Assembly (NCBI GenBank): GCA_036374295.1 | Contig: DASUTZ010000048.1 | Location: forward strand, 1 to 31,537 | Length of the DNA stretch: 31,537 nucleotides | From: Actinomycetota bacterium | GTDB lineage: Bacteria > Actinomycetota > UBA4738 > CALAEC01 | Reading direction: 5' to 3' | In this document: piece after piece, positions 17,448 through 25,117 of the stretch | Numbering within the stretch: the stretch's first letter is position 1 | Layout: every line of letters begins with the position of its first letter | The notes under the pieces: generated by a model | Told to the model about the DNA's origin: nothing | What the model saw: only the letters and a program-made list of their open reading frames with translations | Database searches by the model: none | Translations under genes and position numbers: made by a program

Positions 17448-18472
17448 GCCACGGCCTCCTCGGCGCGGCTGAACGCCACCAGCGTCTCGAGCTTCTCGGC
17501 GGCCGCGCCGCCGTCCACGACCTCGGCCGCCGCGGCCAGGCCCTCCCGGAGGTCCGAGACGAGCCCGGCGATCCGCAGCGCGGCCGCCGCGTTCAGCAGC
17601 ACCGCGTCCCGCTTCGGCCCAGCCGCCCCATCGAACACCTCCCGAATCGCCGCGGCGTTCTCCTCCGGCGTCCCGCCCCGGAGGTCGTCGGGAGCGCATC
17701 CGTCGATCCCGAGATCGGCCGGGTCCACGATCGTCTCCTCCACACGACCCTCCTCGACCTCGAACACGAGGTTGGGCCCCGCGGGCGAGAGCTCGTCGAT
17801 CCCGCCCGCCCCGTGCACCACGAGGGCGCGGTCCGCGCCGAGCAGGGCCAGGACCCTAGCTACGGTCCCGGCCAGCTCCCGCGCGTACACGCCCACGAGC
17901 TGGGCCCGGGCCCCGGCCGGGTTCGTCAGCGGCCCGAGCACGTTGAAGACGGTGCGCGCGGCCAGCTCCCGGCGGACCGGACCCGCGTGCCGCATCGCGG
18001 GGTGATGCGCCGGCGCGAAGAGGAACCCGAACCCATGCTCGTCGATCGACTCGGCGATCCGCTCGGGCGAGAGGTCGAGGGAGAACCCCAGCGCCTCCAG
18101 GACGTCTGCCGAGCCCGAGGCCGACGACACGGCGCGGTTCCCGTGCTTGGCCACCCCGGCTCCGGCACCGGCGGCGACGAGCCCGGCCGCCGTCGAGAGG
18201 TTGAGCGTGCCGGCCCCGTCGCCGCCGGTGCCGGCGGTGTCGATGAGATCCCGACGGCGGGGAGCGACGGGGAGCACGTGCTCACGCATCGCCTCGGCGC
18301 ACCCGGCGATCTCGTCCGGGGACTCCCCCTTCATCCGGAGGCCCACCAGGAACCCCCCGATCTGAGCGGGAGTCGCCTCCCCCCGCATGATCTCGCCCGT
18401 CACGGCCCGCGCCTCCTCGCGGGACAGGTCCGAGCCCTCCAGCAGGCGTGCGAGCGCGTCCGTGATCGACAT
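17444..18472 (-). CDS. trpD: Anthranilate phosphoribosyltransferase
   Basis: DTAGTGGDG, NLST, AKHGNRAVSSASGSAD, HHPAM, RTVFNVLGPLTNP and VHGAGGIDE motifs. GGAGGTGA SD before the ATG at 18472. Confidence 0.96.
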   Translation of the reverse strand: MSITDALARLLEGSDLSREEARAVTGEIMRGEATPAQIGGFLVGLRMKGESPDEIAGCAEAMREHVLPVAPRRRDLIDTAGTGGDGAGTLNLSTAAGLVAAGAGAGVAKHGNRAVSSASGSADVLEALGFSLDLSPERIAESIDEHGFGFLFAPAHHPAMRHAGPVRRELAARTVFNVLGPLTNPAGARAQLVGVYARELAGTVARVLALLGADRALVVHGAGGIDELSPAGPNLVFEVEEGRVEETIVDPADLGIDGCAPDDLRGGTPEENAAAIREVFDGAAGPKRDAVLLNAAAALRIAGLVSDLREGLAAAAEVVDGGAAAEKLETLVAFSRAEEAVA

Positions 18473-18477
18473 CTGCC

Positions 18478-18762
18478 TCACCTCCACTCCAGGAAGTTGC
18501 GTACAAGGGATGGCCCGAGCGGCGTCAGCACCGATTCGGGGTGGAACTGCACGCCCTCCACCGGCAGTGACCGGTGTCGAACGCCCATGACCTCGCCGTC
18601 CTCCGCCCGGGCGACCTCCAGCGCGTCGGGCAGGCGGCGGGCGGCGAGCGAGTGATTGCGGCCGGCGACGAAGCCGTGGGGCGCGCCTCGGAACACGCCG
18701 CGCCCGTGGTGGCGGATCGAGCGGGTGTGGAGATCGATGTCGGTGTCGGTGATCGCGGCCAA
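18478..18762 (-). pseudogene. trpG: Truncated anthranilate synthase component II (C-terminal half of TrpG/PabA only, 94 aa)
   Basis: TTG start after GGAGGAG. Contains IRHHGRGVF, GRNHSL, VMGVRH and GVQFHPESVLT..G..LVRNF. Lacks the N-terminal DNYDSF, SPGPG and GVCLG (nucleophile Cys) motifs, and there is no room for them upstream. Confidence 0.8.
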
Positions 18763-18773
18763 GCTCCTCCGGG

Positions 18774-18803
18774 AACGAGAAAGGACCCCCGATCGGAGGT
18801 CCT
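18774..18803 (-). terminator. Attenuator terminator hairpin of the trp leader
   Basis: RNA AGGACCUCC-GAUC-GGGGGUCCU (9 bp, one G-U pair), followed by UUCUCGUU. Confidence 0.8.
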
Positions 18804-18829
18804 CGAGTGGTGCGGCTGCTACGGCGTGA

Positions 18830-18901
18830 TCAGGCCATGAGCGGTCCCGCCCCACCCGAGGGGCGCCAGGCCCAGCGCCAGGTGCGAACGGGACTCGTCA
18901 T
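18830..18901 (-). CDS. trpL: trp operon leader peptide MTSPVRTWRWAWRPSGGAGPLMA (23 aa)
   Basis: ATG at 18901, TGG codons at positions 8, 10 and 12, TGA at 18830-18832. Lies directly upstream of the terminator and the trp genes. Confidence 0.88.
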   Translation of the reverse strand: MTSPVRTWRWAWRPSGGAGPLMA

Positions 18902-18914
18902 CGTGAGCGGAACC

Positions 18915-19667
18915 TTACGCGGGCCGGGCGGCGCTCGTCAAACCGAGCACGCCGGAGGGCAGCGTCCGGCCGGGCGGGTACGAGGTCCATGCGTCCTGGA
19001 ATCGGACGTGGACCGACCCCTCGCCCGTCACGCGCCACGTCCGACCGTCCCCGATCAAGGCGGTCCGCTCGTCCACCCCGACCAGGACGAGGCCCGGACC
19101 GACCATCCGCTCCACCGCCGTCCGGAATCCGGGGACGTGCGCGTCCACGGTGTCCCAGTGTGGCGCGAGCACGACGCCCCCGAACGCGCTCAGCCCCGGC
19201 CTCCAGGGATCGCCTCCCGGCGGATCGGCGATCGAGGAGTCGGGCGCCAGCTCCCCGAGGAAGGCCACGCCCGCGCTGCAGCCGCCGAACGCGAGCCCCT
19301 CCCCAAGCCGCTGGAGGAGTCGATCCCAGAAGAAAGTCCCGGCGAGCGTCGCGGCGAGATCGGCAGGATTGCCGCCCGAGAAGAACACCATCGAGGCCTC
19401 GTCGAGCCGCGACGCGAGCCGGGGGTCGGCGGCGTCGTCCCGCGTCTTCAGGGGCAGCACCTCGGCCGCGTACCCGAGGCGCTCGTAGTGCGCGACGCCC
19501 CGGCGGCCCCAGCGTGAGAAGACCTCCTCCCCCTCCGCGGCGCTGGCGGCGGGCGCCACGAGGACCCGGCCGTCCGATGCACCGTCCAGCAGCCAGCGGT
19601 CGACCTCCTCGGCCCAGGGCTCGAACTCCCCCGACCCGAGGAGACCGAGACGGCGGGCGCCGCTCAC
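18915..19667 (-). CDS. Peptidase S51 / cyanophycinase-like (class I glutamine amidotransferase-like fold) protein
   Basis: LGLLGSGEF, PAASA, VFFSGGNP, GCSAG (nucleophile Ser elbow), LAPHWD and GVDERTAL motifs. Confidence 0.82.
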   Translation of the reverse strand: MSGARRLGLLGSGEFEPWAEEVDRWLLDGASDGRVLVAPAASAAEGEEVFSRWGRRGVAHYERLGYAAEVLPLKTRDDAADPRLASRLDEASMVFFSGGNPADLAATLAGTFFWDRLLQRLGEGLAFGGCSAGVAFLGELAPDSSIADPPGGDPWRPGLSAFGGVVLAPHWDTVDAHVPGFRTAVERMVGPGLVLVGVDERTALIGDGRTWRVTGEGSVHVRFQDAWTSYPPGRTLPSGVLGLTSAARPA

Positions 19668-19849
19668 GATCGCGAGGCTCGCCGGGCGGAGGCCACCACG
19701 ATCCAGAACCCCACCAGACCGAGCAGGGCCGACAGGGCGGCGCCCGCCCAGAAGGAGCCCCCCGCATCCCGACGCACCCGCCCGGCCACGCCGGCCAACA
19801 AGATGCCCAGACCGAACTGGAGGATCACGAGGCCGAGGAGGAGCTGCAT
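19664..19849 (-). CDS. Small two-TM membrane protein (61 aa)
   Basis: Two hydrophobic segments. GTGA overlap with the next gene; GGGGAC before the ATG. Confidence 0.6.
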   Translation of the reverse strand: MQLLLGLVILQFGLGILLAGVAGRVRRDAGGSFWAGAALSALLGLVGFWIVVASARRASRS

Positions 19850-19880
19850 CTGTCCCCCGGCCGGAGCCCGCTCGTGACCG

Positions 19881-20090
19881 CTACGGCGTCTCGATCTCGT
19901 CGACCTGCACCAGGCCCTCGGCCAGGCGCCTGATGGCCTCGGCCGGGAACCGACGGTGCCCGCCGAGCGTCCTCGAGTGGGGCAGCTTGCCGTCCTTCGC
20001 CCATCGCGTCACCGTCTTCGGCGAGACGTGGAGAATCTCGGCGACCTCCGCGGTCTTCAGGTACTCGGCGTTTGCGCTCCCGTTCGTCAC
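19881..20090 (-). CDS. bldC: BldC-like MerR/excisionase-type HTH DNA-binding protein
   Basis: LKTAEVAEILHVSPKTVTRWAKDGKLPHSRTLGGHRRF closely matches the BldC core (PKTVTRWAK.GKL..RTLGGHRR). GGAGG SD; upstream TATACT. Confidence 0.88.
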   Translation of the reverse strand: MTNGSANAEYLKTAEVAEILHVSPKTVTRWAKDGKLPHSRTLGGHRRFPAEAIRRLAEGLVQVDEIETP

Positions 20091-20187
20091 GTGTTCCTCC
20101 GTTCCGTGGACCTACGTCCGTCGGGGCGCAGAGCGGGTTTCTCGCAGGAGTATAGGTGACCTTGTGGGACTCCCGCCACCGACGCGC

Positions 20188-20373
20188 TCAGGCGGAGCCC
20201 TTGGCGAGCCGCTTCCCGCGGAAGTTCGGGAACGTCAGATCGGTGTGCTGCCAGCAGGTGCTCTTGGCGTTGTAGATCGAGAGCCCCGTCTCGCACCCGG
20301 GGGCCGCGCAGACCCTGCCTGCGGCCTCCAGCTTGGATGGGCGGGGCATCCTTCCCGGTCGCTTTCCCTGCAT
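20188..20373 (-). CDS. Small basic putative Zn-finger protein (about 53-61 aa; start uncertain, 20373 or 20349)
   Basis: GRVCAAPGCETGLSIYNAKSTCWQH gives C-x4-C-x12-C-x2-H, with a basic tail FPNFRGKR. Fills the gap between rshA and bldC. Confidence 0.7.
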   Translation of the reverse strand: MQGKRPGRMPRPSKLEAAGRVCAAPGCETGLSIYNAKSTCWQHTDLTFPNFRGKRLAKGSA

Positions 20374-20440
20374 GACGCGATCGGCCGGGGACGTCCGGAC
20401 CGCTCCTTGCAGGGTGATACGCCGCCGAGACGGGCTCGGT

Positions 20441-20701
20441 TCAGTCCGTTTCCGACGCGGCCTCTCGCGCCACCGTCCGATGGATCCGCTCACGGGCGGC
20501 GTCCGGCAGACGCTCGACGCCCCCGCACTTCTCCCGGAGGATGCGCCGGAGGTTCGACACGAACTCCTGACGCTCGAGACAGGGGCTGCACCCGGCAAGA
20601 TGGCCCTCGACGCGGGCGGCCTCCTCCGCCGGCAGCTCGCCGTCGAGGTACACCTCAACCTGGCGGAGGATCTCCTCGCACTCAGTCCCTGACAACGCCA
20701 C
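20441..20701 (-). CDS. rshA: Zinc-binding anti-sigma factor, RshA/RsrA family
   Basis: CEEIL...YLDGEL...HLAGCSPC (ZAS H-x3-C-x2-C), then LREKC. Overlaps the sigma factor gene end. Confidence 0.9.
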   Translation of the reverse strand: MALSGTECEEILRQVEVYLDGELPAEEAARVEGHLAGCSPCLERQEFVSNLRRILREKCGGVERLPDAARERIHRTVAREAASETD

Positions 20702-21302
20702 GCTCCCGCACGATGTCCCACAACGCCCGCTCGAGCGCCTTTCTTCCCCGATGGAGGCGCGACATGACCGTCCCGATCGGGACGTCAAGGATGGATGCGA
20801 TCTCCTTGTACGAGAAGCCCTCGATATCGGCGAGGATCACCGCCATCCTGTAGACGTCCGGCAGCGAAGCGAGCGCAGCCTGGACGTCCTCGTCGGGCAG
20901 CCGCTCGATCACCTCGGCCTCGGCCGAGGGCTCGAGGTCGGACTCGCGAAGCCTCGAGTACAGGTACCACTCCTCCACCTCATCGTCCGAGACGGTCTGG
21001 GGCTCTCGCTGGCGCTTCCGGTAGAGGTTGATGTAGCTGTTCGTGAGGATCCGGTACAGCCACGCCTTGAGGTTCGTGCCCTGCTCGAAGCCGGCGAACC
21101 CGCGGTAGGCCCGGAGGTAGGTCTCCTGGAGGAGGTCCTGGGCGTCGGCCGGGTTCCTGGTGAGCCGCATGGCCGCCCCGTACATGTCCTCGAGAAGAGG
21201 GATCGCCTCGAGCTCGAAGCGCCGATCGAGCTCCTCACGGGACGCGTCGGTCCGAACGGTCGTCACGCTCCGTGGGGGCTCGGAGGTTTCCCGATCGGGC
21301 AT
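20682..21302 (-). CDS. sigH: ECF sigma factor, SigH/SigR family
   Basis: [56 protein letters not shown] and [13 protein letters not shown] motifs. TATGCT lies 7 nt upstream of the ATG at 21302. Confidence 0.92.
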   Translation of the reverse strand: MPDRETSEPPRSVTTVRTDASREELDRRFELEAIPLLEDMYGAAMRLTRNPADAQDLLQETYLRAYRGFAGFEQGTNLKAWLYRILTNSYINLYRKRQREPQTVSDDEVEEWYLYSRLRESDLEPSAEAEVIERLPDEDVQAALASLPDVYRMAVILADIEGFSYKEIASILDVPIGTVMSRLHRGRKALERALWDIVRERGVVRD

Positions 21303-21364
21303 GCTGGCAAGCATACTCGCCCGGAGCGCTCGTCTCCCGGCCCGTGTGGGAAGATGGTCGGGAC

Positions 21365-23377
21365 ATGGGTGACGACGAGCGTCGCGGCCGCTGGCAGGGC
21401 TTCGACTTCGGCGGCGGGAGCGGGGACGGCCGTCGCTGGCGCTTCCCGATCGGGTACCTTTTGCTCGCCTTCCTCCTCCTCGTCTTCCTCCAGAGCCTGT
21501 TCGTGCGCTCGACCGACGAGATCTCCTACTCGAGGTTCCTCGCGCTGGTCCAGGAGGAACGCATCGAAGGGCTCGTGCGCATCTCGAGTGGCTCCATCGA
21601 GGGGGAGTTCCAGAACCAGGAAGGCGATGTCGAGCGGTTCCAGGTCATCCGTCCGCCGGACGTCCAGGATGAGCAGCTGATCAGCCTGCTCCAGGAGAAC
21701 GGCGTCGAGTTCACCGGCGAGCAGCCGAGCGGATTCGTGAACTTCCTGGCCGTCTGGGGGCCCTTCATCCTGATCTTCGGGCTGATGTTCCTCTTCTTCC
21801 GACGCATGGCCGGGGGTGGCGCGGGGAGCGCGCTCAACCTCGGGAAGAAGGGCGTGAAGATCTACGACCGGAAGGACCTCAAGACCACGTTCGACGACGT
21901 GGCGGGGCTCGACGAGGCGATCGAGGAGCTCCGCGAGGTCGTGGACTTCCTGGCCAACCCCAAGAAGTACCAGCGGCTCGGCGGGCGCATCCCCAAGGGC
22001 GTCTTGCTGATGGGCCCTCCCGGCTGCGGGAAGACCCTGCTGGCCCGGGCGGTGGCCGGCGAAGCAGGCGTGCCGTTCTTCTACATGTCCGGCTCCGACT
22101 TCGTCGAGATGTTCGTGGGCCTGGGCGCGGCGCGCGTCCGTGAGCTGTTCCAGCAAGCGAAGGAGAAGGCGCCGGTCCTGATCTTCATCGACGAGATCGA
22201 CACCCTGGGGAAGAGCCGCTCGGGCGCGATGGGTGGGAGCCTCGGATCGCACGACGAGCGCGAGCAGACCCTGACCCAGCTGCTCTCCGAGATGGACGGG
22301 TTCGACACGTCGAAGGGCGTCATCATCATGGCGGCGACGAACCGCCCCGACGTGCTGGACCCCGCGCTGCTGAGGCCAGGCCGCTTCGATCGGCAGGTCG
22401 TGGTGGACCGCCCCGACCTCAAGGGCCGCGAGGAGATCCTGAAGGTCCACGCGAAGGACGTCGTTATGAGCCCCGACGTCGACCTCCATCTGCTGGCGGC
22501 GAGGACACCGATGCTCACCGGCGCCGACCTCGCAAACATCATCAACGAGGCCGCCCTGCTCGCAGCCCGTCGCGAGAAGGACGCCGTCGGCATGGCCGAG
22601 CTCGAGGAGGCGATCGACCGCGTCACGGTCGGGGTGGAGCGCCGGAGCAAGGTCATGAGCGACCGGGAGCGCGAGCTGAGCGCGGTCCACGAGCTGGGTC
22701 ACGCCCTCGTCGCGCTCGACCTGCCGGGGACGAACGTCCTCCACCGGGTCACGATCATCCCCCGAGGCCGGGCGGGGGGAGTGACGTACTTCCGTCCGAC
22801 GGAGGATCGGACCTACCACACCGACGCCGAGCTGAACGACCAGCTGGCCATCGCGCTCGGAGGCCGCGTCGCCGAGGGCATCGCGTTCGGCGACGTCTCC
22901 ACAGGCGCGCACAATGACCTCGCCAACGCCACCCAGATCGCCCGGGCCATGGTGATCGAGTTCGGGATGAGCGAGAAGGTGGGGCCGATCTCCTTCGGGA
23001 ACGACGGCTTCCGCGACGCGCAGGGCCGCCCGCTGTTCCCCGGCGCCGACCGGCCCAACATCTCCGACGACACGATGCGCCTGATCGACGAGGAGGTCAC
23101 GCGGCTCCTCACACAGGCCCGGGAGCGGGCCCGCTCGATCCTCGAGCCGAAGAAGGACCTCATGCTCCGGCTGGCCAAGGTCCTGATGGCCCGGGAGACG
23201 ATCGAGGGCCGGGAGCTGAAGGAGTGGGTCGACGGCGAGGAGCCGATCCCCGAGCCCGGGGAGGAGCCCCGGGCCGAGGAGACCACGCGGCGGCTCGAGC
23301 CCTCGGAGGCCGAGGGCGACGGGGAGGCCGTGGGCGACGGGGCGCGGGAGACCGAGGAGATCCACCGGCCCACGTGA
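21365..23377 (+). CDS. ftsH: ATP-dependent zinc metalloprotease FtsH
   Basis: Two TMs, Walker A GPPGCGKT, pore FVEMFVG, Walker [36 protein letters not shown] and TGAHND. Confidence 0.95.
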   Translation: MGDDERRGRWQGFDFGGGSGDGRRWRFPIGYLLLAFLLLVFLQSLFVRSTDEISYSRFLALVQEERIEGLVRISSGSIEGEFQNQEGDVERFQVIRPPDVQDEQLISLLQENGVEFTGEQPSGFVNFLAVWGPFILIFGLMFLFFRRMAGGGAGSALNLGKKGVKIYDRKDLKTTFDDVAGLDEAIEELREVVDFLANPKKYQRLGGRIPKGVLLMGPPGCGKTLLARAVAGEAGVPFFYMSGSDFVEMFVGLGAARVRELFQQAKEKAPVLIFIDEIDTLGKSRSGAMGGSLGSHDEREQTLTQLLSEMDGFDTSKGVIIMAATNRPDVLDPALLRPGRFDRQVVVDRPDLKGREEILKVHAKDVVMSPDVDLHLLAARTPMLTGADLANIINEAALLAARREKDAVGMAELEEAIDRVTVGVERRSKVMSDRERELSAVHELGHALVALDLPGTNVLHRVTIIPRGRAGGVTYFRPTEDRTYHTDAELNDQLAIALGGRVAEGIAFGDVSTGAHNDLANATQIARAMVIEFGMSEKVGPISFGNDGFRDAQGRPLFPGADRPNISDDTMRLIDEEVTRLLTQARERARSILEPKKDLMLRLAKVLMARETIEGRELKEWVDGEEPIPEPGEEPRAEETTRRLEPSEAEGDGEAVGDGARETEEIHRPT

Positions 23378-24243
23378 GCAGGCTCTCCGGCACGCTTGCC
23401 GCCTCGGTGACCCCGCTGGAGGACGGCGGGGCTCGGCCGGACGAGGACGCGGTCGGACCCGTCGTCGACTTCCTCCACCAGGGAGGGGTGGACGGCATCC
23501 TCGCGCTCGGCACCACAGGCGAGGGCATCATGCTCTCCGGCGAGGAGCGGCGGCGCGTGGCCGAGCGGTTCGTCGAGGCCTCCGCGGGGCGGCTGCGAGT
23601 CGCCGTCCACTGCGGAGCGCAGACCACGAGCGAGACGGCGGCGCTGGCGGCGCACGCGGCCGAAGCCGGCGCCGACGCCGTGGCGGTGATCTCGCCCCCC
23701 TACTACCCCTTCGAGCCCGTGGGCCTCCTCCGGCACTTCCGTGAGGCGGCCGCCGCCGCGGCGCCCCTCCCCTTCTACGTCTACGAGTTCGCCGACCGCA
23801 GTGGGTACGCGGTGCCGGTCGAGGTCTTGAGCGACCTCCGGGGTGTGGCCGACAACTTCCTGGGGATGAAGGTGTCCGACGCGCCGCTGGAGCGGTTCGC
23901 TCCCTACCTGCTCGAGGGGCTGGACGTGCTGGTCGGGCCCGAGGCTCTGATCCTCGAGGGCCTGGGGCGCGGAGCGATCGGGGCGGTTTCCGGACTGGCC
24001 AGCGCCTTCCCCGAGCTCGTGGCCGAGCTCGTCCGGTCCCGGGACCCCGCCCTCGGGGAGCGGGTCGGGGCCCTCCGGGCTCGGCTGCAGCGCCTCCCGG
24101 TCCCGGCCGTGTTCAAGGCCGCGCTGAGGCTGCGGGGCGTCCCCGTGCGAGAGGACGTGCGGCCGCCGCTGCGGACCCTGACCGACGAGGAGCGGGCCGA
24201 GGTGGCCGCCGCCGTGGAGGGGGCGGCTACGCCGGCGGGTTGA
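23374..24243 (+). CDS. Dihydrodipicolinate synthase/N-acetylneuraminate lyase family aldolase
   Basis: VTP, LGTTGEG, SPPYY, FYVYEF and the Schiff-base Lys in GMKVSD. GTGA overlap with ftsH. Confidence 0.9.
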   Translation: MSRLSGTLAASVTPLEDGGARPDEDAVGPVVDFLHQGGVDGILALGTTGEGIMLSGEERRRVAERFVEASAGRLRVAVHCGAQTTSETAALAAHAAEAGADAVAVISPPYYPFEPVGLLRHFREAAAAAAPLPFYVYEFADRSGYAVPVEVLSDLRGVADNFLGMKVSDAPLERFAPYLLEGLDVLVGPEALILEGLGRGAIGAVSGLASAFPELVAELVRSRDPALGERVGALRARLQRLPVPAVFKAALRLRGVPVREDVRPPLRTLTDEERAEVAAAVEGAATPAG

Positions 24244-25117
24244 CGAGGAGGTCGCTCCGCTCGCCGAACCGCCGCAGGAACCTGGCGTGGTTGCGCCTGG
24301 AGCGCCGGCCACGCTCCGCGGGGTCGAGGGCCGCCCACCCTCGGTGCTCGTGCCGCCGGATCGGCACGTCGATGCGGACGGCCCGGAGCCCCAGGGCCTT
24401 CACCTCGAAGCTGAGGTCGACGTCCGCCCACCGGTAGAAGCGGTAGCCGGGATCGAAGGACACTCGGGCCAGAAGGTCGCGCCGCAGGGCCATCAGGTAG
24501 CCCTGGATCGCGTCGACGTCCGGGGCGATGGACTCCTCGAAGGAGCGGAGGTCTCGCGTGACAGCGCCCACGGGCCCGCAGACCCCGATCGTCTCGTCGG
24601 CGAGTGCCCGCTCGATCGGAGCGTAGGGATCGCCCACGGCCTCTACCGAGGCGTCGGCCACGATCGCGATCCGCCCCATCGTCTGCCGGAGGCCGGCCGC
24701 CCTCGCCGACCCGAACCCGGGATCGCGGTCGAGCGGCAGGACCCGGACGCCCTCGGGCCAGGTGCCCGGCGGGGCGGGATCGGCCTCCACGACGAGGTGC
24801 TCGACCCGCCGATCGCCCTCGTAGCGGCGGAACGAGGCCACGCCCCGGAGCACGTCGTCCCACCACCGCTCCGCCAGCCAGTGGACGGTCAGGTCGTGGG
24901 TGGGGGGCTCCTCCAGGCGCGACGGAACGGCCTCGGGGGGCACGCGCGGCGCGGGACCGGCCGGCGACAGGTCGTAGCCGTCCGGCGCGTCGCGGACCTC
25001 CCAGCCCAGCGCCACCAGGCGCTCGCGGAGCGCGTCGGCCCGGTCGAAGTCCCGCGCCGCGCGTGCCTCGGCCCGCTCCTCCGCCAGCCGGCGGACCTCG
25101 CCCGGCGGCTCGCTCAC
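24227..25117 (-). CDS. Fusion: CysRS anticodon-binding-type domain + family 2 glycosyltransferase-like domain
   Basis: N-terminal EERAEARAARDFDRADALRERLVALGWEVRDAPDG. C-terminal GFGSARAAGLRQTMGRIAIVADAS, DAIQGYLMALRR and FDPGYRFYRWADVDLSF. Confidence 0.78.
   Translation of the reverse strand: MSEPPGEVRRLAEERAEARAARDFDRADALRERLVALGWEVRDAPDGYDLSPAGPAPRVPPEAVPSRLEEPPTHDLTVHWLAERWWDDVLRGVASFRRYEGDRRVEHLVVEADPAPPGTWPEGVRVLPLDRDPGFGSARAAGLRQTMGRIAIVADASVEAVGDPYAPIERALADETIGVCGPVGAVTRDLRSFEESIAPDVDAIQGYLMALRRDLLARVSFDPGYRFYRWADVDLSFEVKALGLRAVRIDVPIRRHEHRGWAALDPAERGRRSRRNHARFLRRFGERSDLLVNPPA

Larger units (their letters stand above)
18774..18917 (-). promoter_or_regulatory. Ribosome-mediated trp transcription attenuator
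   Basis: Candidate -10 TAAGGT (18912-18917), Trp-rich leader ORF, protector hairpin, 15-nt antiterminator pairing (18847-18861 with 18801-18815) and terminator, all in the canonical order upstream of the trp genes. Confidence 0.85.

Noticed and set aside
18763-18917. Frameshifted N-terminal half of trpG
   Set aside because: None of the three minus-strand frames shows GVCLG or PGPG, and the space is fully taken by the leader and attenuator.
18915-19667. S51/GATase-like protein as a substitute glutaminase for anthranilate synthase
   Set aside because: It has a Ser (GCSAG) elbow typical of S51 peptidases rather than the Cys-His-Glu triad, and it lies upstream of the trp promoter.
19881-20090. 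Excisionase marking an integrated element
   Set aside because: The sequence matches BldC; no integrase, att-like repeats, tRNA or compositional shift nearby.
21263-23365. 700-aa antisense ORF opposite ftsH, and similar long R/P/G-rich ORFs throughout the track
   Set aside because: Stop codons are scarce at this GC content; these frames overlap well-supported genes and lack recognisable domains.
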